Source of the DNA: Pirellulales bacterium
GTDB taxonomy: Bacteria > Planctomycetota > Planctomycetia > Pirellulales > PALSA-1355
Direction of reading: 5' to 3'
Assembly (NCBI GenBank): GCA_963733035.1
Contig: CAVTBU010000008.1
Location: 96,001 to 160,000, forward strand
DNA: 64,000 nucleotides
The notes beneath the pieces are model-generated. The model made no database searches. It worked only from the letters and a program-made list of their open reading frames with translations, and had not been told where the DNA came from. Positions 47,249 through 57,605 of the stretch are shown one piece after another; within the stretch, counting starts at the first letter, position 1; the number at the start of each line of letters is the position of its first letter. The position numbers and the translations under genes were made by a program.

Positions 47249-49396
47249 TCAGCCAACGTCCCCCAATTCCAATGATTTGCCGTAACGAGTCAGCGTCATC
47301 CGTTGCAGCAGAGCGTGTGCGGTTTGGCTCAAATCCGGGTCCGAATCAACCAGCTTCCGTGCGTCCCGGCGGGCCTCATCCAGCACCGCCGCATCGCGGA
47401 TCAAGTCCGCAATCCGCAGCGGCGGCAGCCCATGTTGTCGCGTTCCCAGAACATCGCCTGGACCGCGCAGTTCGAAGTCGACTTCGGCCAGCCGAAATCC
47501 ATCATTGCTCTCGACCAACGATTGCAGTCGCCGGATTGCCTCGGGCGTACGCGCCTCGGCAAACAGGCAGCAGTATCCGGGATGTGCCCCCCGGCGAATG
47601 CGTCCACGCAACTGATGCAACTGCGATAGCCCGAAGCGTTCCGCGTTCTCGATCGTCATCACCGTGGCATTGGGCACGTCGATTCCCACTTCCACGACCG
47701 ACGTGGCCACCAGCACCTGGGTCTCCCCGCGAACGAACGCCTCCATCGCCATCTGCTTTTCAGTGCTGGACATCCGGCCGTGCACAAGACCCAGTCGAAA
47801 CGCCTCCAACTCGCCATTTGCAAGCGCCTCGTAAGCCTCTTCCAGACTAAGTGGCGGCGAGGTCGCTGAAGGGTCTTCGTCGCCCAATGGTGTCTCATCA
47901 CCCTCGACGTTACCTTCCTCCTCGGACGACATGCTTGAAACCAATGGCACGACCACGTAGCCCTGCCGTCCTTCGCGCAGCTTCTTGCGAAAAAATTCCC
48001 ACCACTTTGGGCGGTCCTCGGGGGCAGGGAAGTAAGTATGCACGTTTTGTCGTCCTGGCGGCGCGTCGGTGAGGGTCGTCACGTCGAGATCGCCAAACAG
48101 CGTCAGACTTACCGTGCGGGGAATCGGTGTCGCCGTCATGACCAAATAGTGCGGTTGCAGGGACGAGTATTTGAGCCGGGCGCGTTGGCGGACGCCAAAT
48201 TTATGTTGTTCGTCGATCACCACCAGTCCCAATTTGTGAAATGCCAACTCACTGGAGATAACCGCCTGGGTACCCACGAGTATCTGAATTTCGCCGGAAG
48301 CGACTCCCGCCAGCACTTCCCTTCGACCCTTGGCGGTCTGTCCGCCCGTGAGGCATCCGATACGCGTCTGGCTGCCGGCAAGCAAGCGTTCCAGTGTACC
48401 GACATGCTGCCGGGCGAGAACTTCCGTGGGCGCCATCAGGACAACTTGAGTACCGTGCGCCACGGCCAGCAACATGGCGTACACCGCCACGATGGTCTTG
48501 CCACTTCCGACGTCCCCCTGCAACAGCCTGTTCATCGGCGCCGAGTGCTGCAGGTCGCCGGCGATTTCGGCAATGGCCTGATTTTGTCCCTGGGTCAACT
48601 GAAACGGCAGTAACCGCCGAATTCGGGCATCAATTTTGGCCGTCAGCTCAAGTGGATGTGCTTCCAGCGATCGATGCACTCGCTCGCGTTTGACGGCCAG
48701 TGCGACTTGCAGCACAAACAGTTCCTGATAGACGAACCGCCGCCGGGCATGCTCCAATTCCTCGCGACTTGACGGAAAATGAAGCCGGGGCAGGGCGGTA
48801 GCCAAAGACCACAAATCGTGTTCCTCTAGATACGTCGCCGGAAAAACCTCCTCCAACTGGTCAAGGCAACCGTCAAGCGCTCGCCGCATCAGCGAACGAA
48901 CCTGTCGCTGTTGGAGCCCCTCGGTCAGTGGATAGACGGGCAGCAGCTCGCCGAGCGGAACCTCCTGCTCCGTTTCGACGGGCTTCACATGAGGGTGTGA
49001 CATCTCCCAACGAATCGCCCGTCGCTTAGGCCGCCCTGAGACCAGCACGGTCTGACCACGGCGAAACTTGTCGCGCATGAACGGCTGGTTGAACCATAGC
49101 GCCCGCAAGTATTGGTCGCCTTGTCGCAGAAGAACTCCCAAAATCGAGCGTCCCGGACCGCGATCGGCCAATTCCACGTCCTCGACCGTCGCAAGAACGC
49201 TCGCCAGAACCCCCTCCTCAAGCTCGCCGATCGAACGAAGATCCGTGAGATCCTGATAGTCGCGCGGAAAGAAAAACAACAGATCGCGCAGTGTGACCAC
49301 GCCCAGCCGTGCGAGCAACTCGGCACGCGCAGCGCCGCAGCCCTTCAGGTATTGCACGGGCGTGGCCAGATCGAACGGCTTCTCGGTGGAGGACAT
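47249..49396 (-). CDS. recG: ATP-dependent DNA helicase RecG
   Basis: LLQGDVGSGKT, DEQHKFG, MTATPIPRT, QLHQLRGR and DFELRGPG motifs. Confidence 0.97.
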   Translation of the reverse strand: MSSTEKPFDLATPVQYLKGCGAARAELLARLGVVTLRDLLFFFPRDYQDLTDLRSIGELEEGVLASVLATVEDVELADRGPGRSILGVLLRQGDQYLRALWFNQPFMRDKFRRGQTVLVSGRPKRRAIRWEMSHPHVKPVETEQEVPLGELLPVYPLTEGLQQRQVRSLMRRALDGCLDQLEEVFPATYLEEHDLWSLATALPRLHFPSSREELEHARRRFVYQELFVLQVALAVKRERVHRSLEAHPLELTAKIDARIRRLLPFQLTQGQNQAIAEIAGDLQHSAPMNRLLQGDVGSGKTIVAVYAMLLAVAHGTQVVLMAPTEVLARQHVGTLERLLAGSQTRIGCLTGGQTAKGRREVLAGVASGEIQILVGTQAVISSELAFHKLGLVVIDEQHKFGVRQRARLKYSSLQPHYLVMTATPIPRTVSLTLFGDLDVTTLTDAPPGRQNVHTYFPAPEDRPKWWEFFRKKLREGRQGYVVVPLVSSMSSEEEGNVEGDETPLGDEDPSATSPPLSLEEAYEALANGELEAFRLGLVHGRMSSTEKQMAMEAFVRGETQVLVATSVVEVGIDVPNATVMTIENAERFGLSQLHQLRGRIRRGAHPGYCCLFAEARTPEAIRRLQSLVESNDGFRLAEVDFELRGPGDVLGTRQHGLPPLRIADLIRDAAVLDEARRDARKLVDSDPDLSQTAHALLQRMTLTRYGKSLELGDVG

Positions 49397-49445
49397 GCCT
49401 CTATTCTAGAAGCTGTTGCCCAACAAGGAACGGCCTCTCGCGACT

Positions 49446-49476
49446 GCCGTCAAGGCGGCCGCAGGGCCTTGACGGC
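49446..49476. terminator. Hairpin downstream of rnhA
   Basis: GCCGTCAAGGC-N9-GCCTTGACGGC perfect 11-bp stem without a U-tract. Confidence 0.5.
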
Positions 49477-49501
49477 CTTCATCGTCGGTCACACGCAAGC
49501 G

Positions 49502-49969
49502 TTACCGACCGAGAAACGATTGATACGCCGCCACGGCCAGTTCGTCGCACCGATCGTTTTCTGGGTGCCCGCTGTGGCCAGCCACGCGGATATAGGTCAA
49601 TTCATGTTCGGCCACCAGGGCGTCCAATTGCCGCCAGAGGTCTTCGTTCTTGACCTCTTTCCAGGCCTTTCCCTCGCGGCGTCGCCAACCGTTCGCCTTC
49701 CACTTGGGCATCCATTCCGAAAGGCCCTTGCCCACATAGACGCTGTCGGTCATCAGTCGGACGTGCGACGGCTTTTTGAGCGTTTCCAACCCACGCACCA
49801 CGGCCGTCAATTCCATGCGGTTATTGGTCGTCTCACGTTCACCGCCTGAAGCTTCAAGCTCCTTGTTCGAAGCCGGGTGCCGCAAGATGAACGCCCAGCC
49901 GCCCGGCCCCGGATTTCCGCTGCAAGCGCCGTCGGTAAACAGTTCGACTTCAGGAAGGGAACGTGACAT
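49502..49969 (-). CDS. rnhA: Ribonuclease HI
   Basis: TDGACSGNPGPGG, TTNNRMEL, TDS, VKNEDLW and GHSGHPENDRCD motifs. Confidence 0.97.
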   Translation of the reverse strand: MSRSLPEVELFTDGACSGNPGPGGWAFILRHPASNKELEASGGERETTNNRMELTAVVRGLETLKKPSHVRLMTDSVYVGKGLSEWMPKWKANGWRRREGKAWKEVKNEDLWRQLDALVAEHELTYIRVAGHSGHPENDRCDELAVAAYQSFLGR

Positions 49970-50081
49970 GGCGGCCTATCGTAACGCAAATCGAGAAAAC
50001 CAAAAGGCCAGCTTCACGTGGCCGCGCGGCAGGCGAAACGAAGCGAAGTCCGCCGAGATTGCATTTCGGTCTTTGACCGCG

Positions 50082-51800
50082 TCACGACGCCTGGGCTGGC
50101 GATTCAAGCCGCAATGATTCACGGCTCGGCTTGGCGGAGTCTTCCACGCCGGTGGGCGGTAACGCGTCTGGGCGAGGTACATCGGCTCGAGTCCAAGGCA
50201 GTCGAACCGTGAAAATACTCCCCTTGCCCAATTCGCTCTCCAGAGAGATTTCGCCACCCAGCAACTTGCAGAGTTCCTTGACGATGGATAGCCCCAGCCC
50301 TGTGCCCGAGTATTCGCGAGTCATGGCGTCGCCGCCATTGAGCACCGACTTGCCTTGCCTGAACTTTTCGAAAATCGCGACCTGATCCTCGTCGGCGATG
50401 CCCACGCCGGTATCGGCCACGGTCATCACCAGATAGGGACCGGAACCCGCCCGGGCGCTGACGACAATCCGGCCTCCCTCGGGAGTGAACTTGATGGCAT
50501 TCGAGAGCAGGTTGTTGAGAATCTGCTGCACCTTCGACTGGTCCTGAAACATTTCCGGCAGTCCGGGTTCAATCTCGGTTTCCAGATCGATGTTTTTTCG
50601 CTCGGTGAGCGGCCGGGCCATGTCGCACTGGGCCGTGATGATCTGCTCGATGTTGAAATCGGATAGCCGGACTTCCATTCGGCCGCTTTCGATCTTGGCC
50701 AGGTCGAGAATGTCGTTGATCATCTCCAGCAGCACTTTGCCGGAAGTCTGAATGTTGCGGACATAGCGCTTCTGTTTTTCATCAAGCGAAGCGATCGACT
50801 CGAGCACGTCGCTAAAGCCGATGATGGCGTTCAGCGGCGTGCGCAATTCGTGGCTCATCGTCGCCAAGAAGTCGCTCTTCAGTCGGTTCATCTCATAGAG
50901 ACGCATGTTGGCCTGGGCCAACTCATCAACCTTCACATTGAGATTGTTGTTGACATCCTTGAGTTCTTCGGCATTCGAAGCCAGTTGCCGCAGCATGCGA
51001 TTAAATGCCGTGGCCAACCGCTCGAACTCGTCTCCGGTGTGAAGCTCCGCCCGCAGGGCGATGTCTCCTTGACTAATCCGGTCGCTAACGTCGCGCAGAT
51101 GGCCTAGCGGCTTGACGATGATGTAGCGGACAATCAGATACGAGGCCATCACGGCCAGGAATGCCGTGATGATGGCCGTGCCCAGCAGAATCGCGTTGTT
51201 CCACGTCAGCGCGGTCTGCGTTTGTTTATCCGGCATCCGCAGTTTGAGAACCGACACCAAATCGCCAATCTCCTGGGGTGCCATATCGGCCAGTCCGATG
51301 GGCAAGCTGGTATGGCAGGTGATGCAGCGCTTGTTCGTATTGCGAATCGGCTTGTAAAAAATGTATTCCGGCTCGTCGCCGCCCACGCGAACGTCGGCGT
51401 ACTCGTCGTCTAGATTCGCTTCCGGGTCGGGCCTGGCCGAGAGATTGAACGTTTTCAGAATCGCCATATCGGCTTCGCTGGGCGCGTTGGGCCCCTCGTC
51501 CACCAGGCGCAGGAATTCCCAATCGTAGTCGCGGCTCTTCAAGCCGTCGGTCAGGTCGTCGACCAGCGCGCGTTGCTGCTCTTCGGAAGCCCACACCCAG
51601 GTGTGGTGCATCGCAAGAATCGACACGACGAGGCTTTTGGCGCTCTCGGTGCTCGAGTCGTATACCAATTGCTCGGTGCGGCGGCCGTACCACCAGAAGC
51701 TTCCCGCAATCAGCACCAGCAACGATGCGCCGAACAGCACCAGGAACTTCCGCTCCAGGCTGGTTTCACCCAGGACGCGTTTCAGTGAGCGGTAAGACAT
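50082..51800 (-). CDS. Membrane sensor histidine kinase with a periplasmic CxxCH (DUF3365-like) domain and HAMP
   Basis: 2 TM segments, CITCH, a HAMP region, MSHELRTPL, NLLSNAIKF and GTGLGL. Confidence 0.92.
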   Translation of the reverse strand: MSYRSLKRVLGETSLERKFLVLFGASLLVLIAGSFWWYGRRTEQLVYDSSTESAKSLVVSILAMHHTWVWASEEQQRALVDDLTDGLKSRDYDWEFLRLVDEGPNAPSEADMAILKTFNLSARPDPEANLDDEYADVRVGGDEPEYIFYKPIRNTNKRCITCHTSLPIGLADMAPQEIGDLVSVLKLRMPDKQTQTALTWNNAILLGTAIITAFLAVMASYLIVRYIIVKPLGHLRDVSDRISQGDIALRAELHTGDEFERLATAFNRMLRQLASNAEELKDVNNNLNVKVDELAQANMRLYEMNRLKSDFLATMSHELRTPLNAIIGFSDVLESIASLDEKQKRYVRNIQTSGKVLLEMINDILDLAKIESGRMEVRLSDFNIEQIITAQCDMARPLTERKNIDLETEIEPGLPEMFQDQSKVQQILNNLLSNAIKFTPEGGRIVVSARAGSGPYLVMTVADTGVGIADEDQVAIFEKFRQGKSVLNGGDAMTREYSGTGLGLSIVKELCKLLGGEISLESELGKGSIFTVRLPWTRADVPRPDALPPTGVEDSAKPSRESLRLESPAQAS

Positions 51801-51966
51801 GCAGAGCGGACCCAATGGGCCGTAAAAATTCCCTGTTCCCTCTAGTCTACGGGAATTGTCGGTCGGAATCCAAGAGGAATCCGCCAGGTCCTGCGGTATT
51901 GCCGGCGATCAAAGGTCCAGTCAATCGAGAGATATCCGACCTCCGACAGGTTGTGCTGCTGGCCGG

Positions 51967-54288
51967 CTACAGCATATCGAGAGGGTCCACGTCGGCGATC
52001 CATAGCACTTCGTCAGGGGCCTTAAGGCGGTCAGCCGCGTCGCGCACGGCGCGGCGTAGTTGAGCGCCGTCCGCACCATGCACTTGGATGTGGAAGCGAT
52101 AGTGGCCCCGCAACTTCGCAATCGGCGCCGGGGCCGGTCCAAGCACGCGTGAATCGGTCGCGGGGCTCGTTTGCGATCGCTCGTCGCCGTCGCCAGGATC
52201 GCCGGCCAGTGCCTCGCGCACACGGTCGGCCAACTCCTCGGCAAAACTTTCGGTCGTGCGCTCGGCCGGTCCACGCACGACCAAGCGAATCAGACTTGCA
52301 AACGGAGGATAGCCGTGCTCTTCGCGGGGCGGCAGCTCGCCGGCCGCGAACGTCTCGTAGTCGTGCCGCACCGCGGCTTGTATCGCCGCGTGATCCGGAT
52401 TGAACGTTTGAACCAGTACCCGGCCGCCCTTGTCACCCCGGCCGGTCCGTCCGGCCACTTGCGTCACAAGCTGAAACGTCCGCTCCGATGCGCGAAAGTC
52501 GGGAATGTGCAAAGCCGTATCCGCGTTGATGACCCCCACCAATGTCACGTTCGGAAAGTCCAGGCCCTTGGCAATCATTTGTGTCCCGACCAGGATCCGC
52601 ACCTCGCCGTCGTGAAATAGTTTGAGAGCGGCCTCGTGGCTGCCGTGCTTTTGCATCGTGTCGGTGTCCATCCGCAGGCAGCGGTGTTCGGGAAAACGTG
52701 CCTTCACTTCCGCCTCGAGCCGCTGGGTTCCAAGCCCACGGTAGTGAATGCCCGTGAAATGGCAGTCCGGACACTCCGTCGGCGCCGGCACCTGGTAATC
52801 GCAGTAGTGGCAAAGGGCGATCTGCCCGGAAACGTGGTGTGTCAGGGCGATTGCGCAGTGCGGACACTGCATCACCATGCCGCACGACGGACACTGGATG
52901 TGCGTCGAAAAGCCTCGTCGATTGAGCAGCAAGATGACCTGACCGCCTTCCTTCAACGTCGACTGCATGGCAAACCGCAATTGGCGGCTGACAGCGCCAC
53001 GGTTGCGGCGATCCTGAAACTCGGCCCGCAGGTCGATCGTGCCCACGGCCGGCAAGGGGCGATTGAAGACGCGCCGCGGCAGCGAAATCAACTGGTACTG
53101 CCCGGTTTTGGCTCGCTGCCAGCTTTCCAACGACGGCGTGGCCGACCCCAACACCAACGGTACGTTCTCGGCCTTGGTCCGCTCCAGGGCCACGTCCCGG
53201 GCGTGGTAACGCGGGGCCGTCTCCTGCTTGAACGACGACTCGTGTTCCTCGTCCAGAATAACCAACCCCAGGTTGGGCACCGGGGCAAAGATCGCGCTGC
53301 GCGCTCCGACCACGACGCTGATTTCACCGCTGGCAATGTGTTCCCAATGCCGTCGCCGCTCCACATCGCGCAGATGGCTGTGCAACACCGCGACGCGGCC
53401 GAAGCGGCTACGGAAGCGAGCCTCGGTCTGCGGCGTCAGGCTGATCTCAGGCACCAGCACAATGGCTTGCCGGCCGAAGCGGATCACTTCGTCGATCGCC
53501 TGGATGTAAACCTCGGTCTTGCCGCTGCCGGTCACGCCGTGCATCAGCAGCGACTCGTGTCGCCGCGCGTGCAGAGCCGCCAGAATCACGTCGAGTGCCA
53601 CTCGCTGATCTTCGTTCAGAGTCAGGTGCTCCTCCGATGGCGACCGAACCTGAGTGGCCGCCTGCTGCGCGTCGAACCGCCGGGCTTCGAACTCGACAAG
53701 GCCCTTCTTGCGGAGGTTCTGGATCGGCGCTGCCGTACAACCGGCCGCCGCTGCCACTTGCGCGACGGGTAGCGGCTCGGCCTGTGCCGCCAGGAAAGTG
53801 AGAACCTTCTTTTGCATGGCCGATAATCTCAACGTGGGCAACCGTGCCGCGACGTGATTTGGCAGCCGCACGAACTGTGTCCTGCGAGTTCCGGCGCCCG
53901 CCCTCACGCCGGCCGGCACAACCGCTTCGAGCACCTGTCCCCACGGGCAAATGTAATAGTCGGACATCCATTCGGTTAGACGTAGCATCGCGGGCGACAG
54001 CAGCGCCCGCTCGTCCGCCACGTCGTGCAGCGCTTTCAGCCGACGTTTGCCACCGATACGATTTTCGAGCCGGACGCAGTAGCCGGTGACCAGCCGGTTC
54101 GAGCTCCCGAAGGGCGCCCGCACTCGTTGTCCGGCCGCGATTTTGCCCCGCAGCGCGTCGGGAACGCGGTAATCGAACGGACCTTCCGGTCCGGTGGCAA
54201 ACACCAGCGTGGCGATGAGTTCCTCGCTGGCATCGTCCTGTTCCCAGGGTGCCGGGTTGAGTTCAAAAAGGCTTTGCTGTTCTTTCAC
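51967..54288 (-). CDS. priA: Primosomal protein N'
   Basis: [25 protein letters not shown], four CxxC motifs, GTQMIAKGLDF and QVAGRTGR. Confidence 0.97.
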   Translation of the reverse strand: MKEQQSLFELNPAPWEQDDASEELIATLVFATGPEGPFDYRVPDALRGKIAAGQRVRAPFGSSNRLVTGYCVRLENRIGGKRRLKALHDVADERALLSPAMLRLTEWMSDYYICPWGQVLEAVVPAGVRAGAGTRRTQFVRLPNHVAARLPTLRLSAMQKKVLTFLAAQAEPLPVAQVAAAAGCTAAPIQNLRKKGLVEFEARRFDAQQAATQVRSPSEEHLTLNEDQRVALDVILAALHARRHESLLMHGVTGSGKTEVYIQAIDEVIRFGRQAIVLVPEISLTPQTEARFRSRFGRVAVLHSHLRDVERRRHWEHIASGEISVVVGARSAIFAPVPNLGLVILDEEHESSFKQETAPRYHARDVALERTKAENVPLVLGSATPSLESWQRAKTGQYQLISLPRRVFNRPLPAVGTIDLRAEFQDRRNRGAVSRQLRFAMQSTLKEGGQVILLLNRRGFSTHIQCPSCGMVMQCPHCAIALTHHVSGQIALCHYCDYQVPAPTECPDCHFTGIHYRGLGTQRLEAEVKARFPEHRCLRMDTDTMQKHGSHEAALKLFHDGEVRILVGTQMIAKGLDFPNVTLVGVINADTALHIPDFRASERTFQLVTQVAGRTGRGDKGGRVLVQTFNPDHAAIQAAVRHDYETFAAGELPPREEHGYPPFASLIRLVVRGPAERTTESFAEELADRVREALAGDPGDGDERSQTSPATDSRVLGPAPAPIAKLRGHYRFHIQVHGADGAQLRRAVRDAADRLKAPDEVLWIADVDPLDML

Positions 54289-54444
54289 GCGGAAATCCGA
54301 CTTTCATCGCAGGGGGCGACCGCAACGCACCAATGGCCAGCGCCTGATCGAATCGCTAGGATACGTTGCGTCTTGTCTCCATAGCTTCAATATCCTCGGC
54401 TGCTGGCAGGCTGACAAGCAAGCGCGGTATTCGTGGGACAGAAC

Positions 54445-55068
54445 ATGCGACTTGGAATCTTTGGCGGCACTTTCGACCCGGTCCACTACGGTCATCTGCT
54501 GTTGGCCGAGAGTTGCCGCGAACAATTGAACCTGCAGCAGGTATGGTTTCTACCGGCCGCCGTTCCACCCCATAAACAAGAAGCCGAATTGACGGCCGCC
54601 ACGCATCGCATCGAGATGCTCGAATTGGCCATCGGCGGGCATGAGGCTTTTCACGTCTGTCCGTATGAAGTGGAGCGGGGTGGAGTGAACTACACGGTTG
54701 ACACGCTGACGCATTTCGTCGACGAGGACCCGTCGCGGGAACTTTTTTTTCTGTTGGGTGCCGATTCGCTCCGCGACTTGCCCACCTGGCGGCAGCCAGA
54801 GCGCATCTGTCAGTTGGCCGTGCTGGCGGTGGTCACGCGTTCGATTCCGGGAATTGCCGAGTCTGAGGTGGTCAACTTTTCACCGCTGGCCAATCTGGTG
54901 ACGCCCGAGCGGTTGGAAACGATCCGCCTGCACGAGGTGCAAATGCCGCGCATCGACTTGAGCTCAACCGACATCCGCCGCCGTGTCGCCGCCGGCAACA
55001 GCATTCGCTATCAAACGCCCCGCGCCGTCGAAAAGTACATCGAGACCCAAAGGCTGTACGCCAAATAG
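54445..55068 (+). CDS. nadD: Nicotinate-nucleotide adenylyltransferase
   Basis: GIFGGTFDPVHYGH, PPHK, YTVDT, GAD and SSTDIR motifs. Confidence 0.96.
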   Translation: MRLGIFGGTFDPVHYGHLLLAESCREQLNLQQVWFLPAAVPPHKQEAELTAATHRIEMLELAIGGHEAFHVCPYEVERGGVNYTVDTLTHFVDEDPSRELFFLLGADSLRDLPTWRQPERICQLAVLAVVTRSIPGIAESEVVNFSPLANLVTPERLETIRLHEVQMPRIDLSSTDIRRRVAAGNSIRYQTPRAVEKYIETQRLYAK

Positions 55069-55085
55069 CAGCATCCGGGATATTG

Positions 55086-55346
55086 TCAGGCGGCCCTGCG
55101 AGTTTCCAGCATTGTCCGGAGCGGCAAACTCATGGTCAGTTCCGGCGAACCCTCCAGGCCGTGCAAAGCGCCCATTACCTGATCGAGCTGTTCGCGGGGA
55201 CTGAGGGCCAGATCGATGAAGATCCACTTCTGCCCCTTGAGCTCGCAGGCCCCGGCGGCGCTCCCACCAAACCATTCCTGACGGATTTTGAAGCCCGATT
55301 GCATCGCCAGGGCAATTGCTTCTTCCAAGAGCTCGACGGTGTGCAT
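55086..55346 (-). CDS. Small hypothetical protein resembling an IrrE/ImmA N-terminal fragment without HEXXH
   Basis: GGAGG RBS and TATAAT at 55426-55431; GFKIRQEWFGG..GACELKGQKWIFIDLALSPREQL. Confidence 0.7.
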   Translation of the reverse strand: MHTVELLEEAIALAMQSGFKIRQEWFGGSAAGACELKGQKWIFIDLALSPREQLDQVMGALHGLEGSPELTMSLPLRTMLETRRAA

Positions 55347-55624
55347 CGTGCGCCTCCGTGCATGCATGCAGTGCTTGGCGACGCGCGCTGGGTAGTTCGC
55401 CGCCCCCATCCTTTGGCCGGGCGGGATTATAGCCGCTTGCGTTTTAGTTGCCCAGGCGAACGGGTCGATATCTGACTTGTGACTTAACTACTTCGCGCGT
55501 AACGAGTCCGGACGCGTCAACACGGCAAGGCGGTGCGATTGAACCCGAGTAGGTAAAGCGGTCAAGCACCGCAATCTACTTGCTTTGGGAATTTCGCTCT
55601 CCGCTCCAGCACTCGGAAGGTAGC

Positions 55625-56455
55625 ATGTCGAATTCTCAAGGGCCCCAATCTCCCAGCGCCGAGGAGCAGGTAGCCATCCTGAAGCAGCAGCTTTTCGAAG
55701 CCCAAAAGCTGACCGCGCTCGGCGAACTGGTCAGCACCACCACGCATGAATTCAACAACGTGCTGACCACGATCATCAACTACGCCAAGATGGGCCAGCG
55801 CCACCGTGATGCCGAAACCCGTGACAAAGCGTTCGATAAGATTCTGGCAGCCGGCCAGCGGGCCGCGAAGATCACCAATGGGATCCTCGGTTTCGCACGC
55901 AATCGTCCCCAGGGGGTTGAGCCGACCGACGTGGCCAAGCTCGTCGACGACTCGCTATTGCTGCTCGAGCGTGAGATGTCGAAGTATCGTGTCGCGGTCG
56001 AACGCCAGATTCAGCCCGTGCCGCCGGCGATGGTCAACGCCAACCAAATCCAGCAGGTGTTGATGAATCTGCTGGTTAATGCCCGGCAGGCGATGTCGAG
56101 CGGCGGCACCATTTGGCTCCGACTTTCGCACGATGCCGCCAACAATACCGTCGACCTGATGATCCGCGACAACGGCGCGGGAATTCCGGCTGAGAAGCTT
56201 CCGCGAATCTTCGATCGCTATTTCACGACCAAGAGCGGTCCGGACGCCAGCGGCAAGGGAGGCACCGGCCTGGGCCTCTCGTTTTGCCGCGACGTCATCG
56301 AAGCTCACCATGGCAGGATTCGCGTCGAAAGCACCGTGGGCAAGGGAACCGCCTTCACGCTCAAACTGCCGGTCGCACGTCCGTCCGAAGCTGCCGCGGC
56401 GATTTCGCTGGGCGTACCGACGACGACTTCGCAGCCGCAGTCCACGGGCGGCTAA
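55625..56455 (+). CDS. Cytoplasmic histidine kinase lacking a sensor domain
   Basis: QKLTALGEL..TTHEFNN, QVLMNLLVNA, DNGAGI, FTTK and GTGLGL motifs. Only about 25 aa precede the DHp helix. Confidence 0.9.
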   Translation: MSNSQGPQSPSAEEQVAILKQQLFEAQKLTALGELVSTTTHEFNNVLTTIINYAKMGQRHRDAETRDKAFDKILAAGQRAAKITNGILGFARNRPQGVEPTDVAKLVDDSLLLLEREMSKYRVAVERQIQPVPPAMVNANQIQQVLMNLLVNARQAMSSGGTIWLRLSHDAANNTVDLMIRDNGAGIPAEKLPRIFDRYFTTKSGPDASGKGGTGLGLSFCRDVIEAHHGRIRVESTVGKGTAFTLKLPVARPSEAAAAISLGVPTTTSQPQSTGG

Positions 56456-57312
56456 TTGCGAAGCCCCGCCGGAATCGCCGGCACGCCCGCCGGAATCTGC
56501 TCGGTCGGAATCTGTTCTGTCGGGACAGGAACCTGCTCCACGGGGATAAACGTCCCGCCAGTGCGGGCCTGAATGCCCGCGAGAATAACTTGTTCCAGTG
56601 CGATGTCGCGCCCCAGGCCAATCCAGCCCCGGGTCGGTTCCTGGCCGCCTACCGGATTGGTCAGCCTGATCAACGCATCGTCGTTGCGCAGCGTTTGCGA
56701 ATTGGCCAAGCTGACCGCACCACTCTCCGGACGGGCGACGTCTTCCAATTCTTTATACACCCGAACGTCCACGGTAAATCCGCCTTCGACCGGTAGCACG
56801 ATCACCTCGGCCTGGCGGCGCATGGATTGCAACGTCGCCTGCCATCGCTCATACGGCGTGATGGAATCGCGATTCCAGGGCTCGAAGATCGTTGATGCCC
56901 CGCGCGGATACGTCGAAAGGTGTCCTTCGGTCAGCAGATCCCCCACCAACCGGACGCGTTCCTCGTGCCGGACGCGAAAGTAGTCGTCCACCACGTCGAC
57001 GACTTCATCCCATACGAAGTCGCTGTTCATGTTATTGACCATCAGCGGCGCTGTTTGAGGGGCGACGTAGTCGGGTCCCAGCCCAAAACCAAAACTGGGG
57101 GGCGTGTACGTCGCCGGTTGCCACGCATTGCAGCCGCTGAGCGCGAGTGCGCACAGAACACTCAACAGCCCCAACCGCCGGTGCGTCGGCCCGTTTGGCC
57201 TCCGCCCCGAGGCCGCGGTCACTTCCTGATCTGCCCGCGGCGCGGCGCGAACCGATAGCGCCCTAGGTCGCGCAAGCGCAAAGGTCTGCCGGTCGCGATG
57301 CATCCGATTCAT
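56452..57312 (-). CDS. Putative lipoprotein
   Basis: Lipobox ALSGC, WDEVVDVVDDYF...TIFEPW...VYKELED and C-terminal PTEQI repeats. Start uncertain. Confidence 0.7.
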   Translation of the reverse strand: MNRMHRDRQTFALARPRALSVRAAPRADQEVTAASGRRPNGPTHRRLGLLSVLCALALSGCNAWQPATYTPPSFGFGLGPDYVAPQTAPLMVNNMNSDFVWDEVVDVVDDYFRVRHEERVRLVGDLLTEGHLSTYPRGASTIFEPWNRDSITPYERWQATLQSMRRQAEVIVLPVEGGFTVDVRVYKELEDVARPESGAVSLANSQTLRNDDALIRLTNPVGGQEPTRGWIGLGRDIALEQVILAGIQARTGGTFIPVEQVPVPTEQIPTEQIPAGVPAIPAGLRN

Positions 57313-57544
57313 GCAGATGGGAACGTTCGCAAAAGAAATGGGGCGGTAGTGTTACGAAATCGGTCCAGAGCCACAAGAGCAGGTGCGGGCGAGCCGGGAT
57401 GCCAATCCGTACGCTAGCAGCCGTTCCATTCACCCAATACCGGCGTCAACACGGTAGTTGTGACATTGCCGGGCATCTTGGGAAAAATAGGCAGTAGCGG
57501 CGCCCCTGCAGCGGAGGGCTGAAATCCCCTGCTGACCAACACGA

Positions 57545-57575
57545 AAGGCCGCGTCCAACGGGTGGACGCGGCCTT
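57545..57575 (-). terminator. Intrinsic terminator of the 57606-58298 gene
   Basis: AAGGCCGCGTCCA-N5-TGGACGCGGCCTT 13-bp perfect stem. Confidence 0.7.
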
Positions 57576-57605
57576 CGATTTGTCGGCTGAATGCAGGCTC
57601 GTCGA

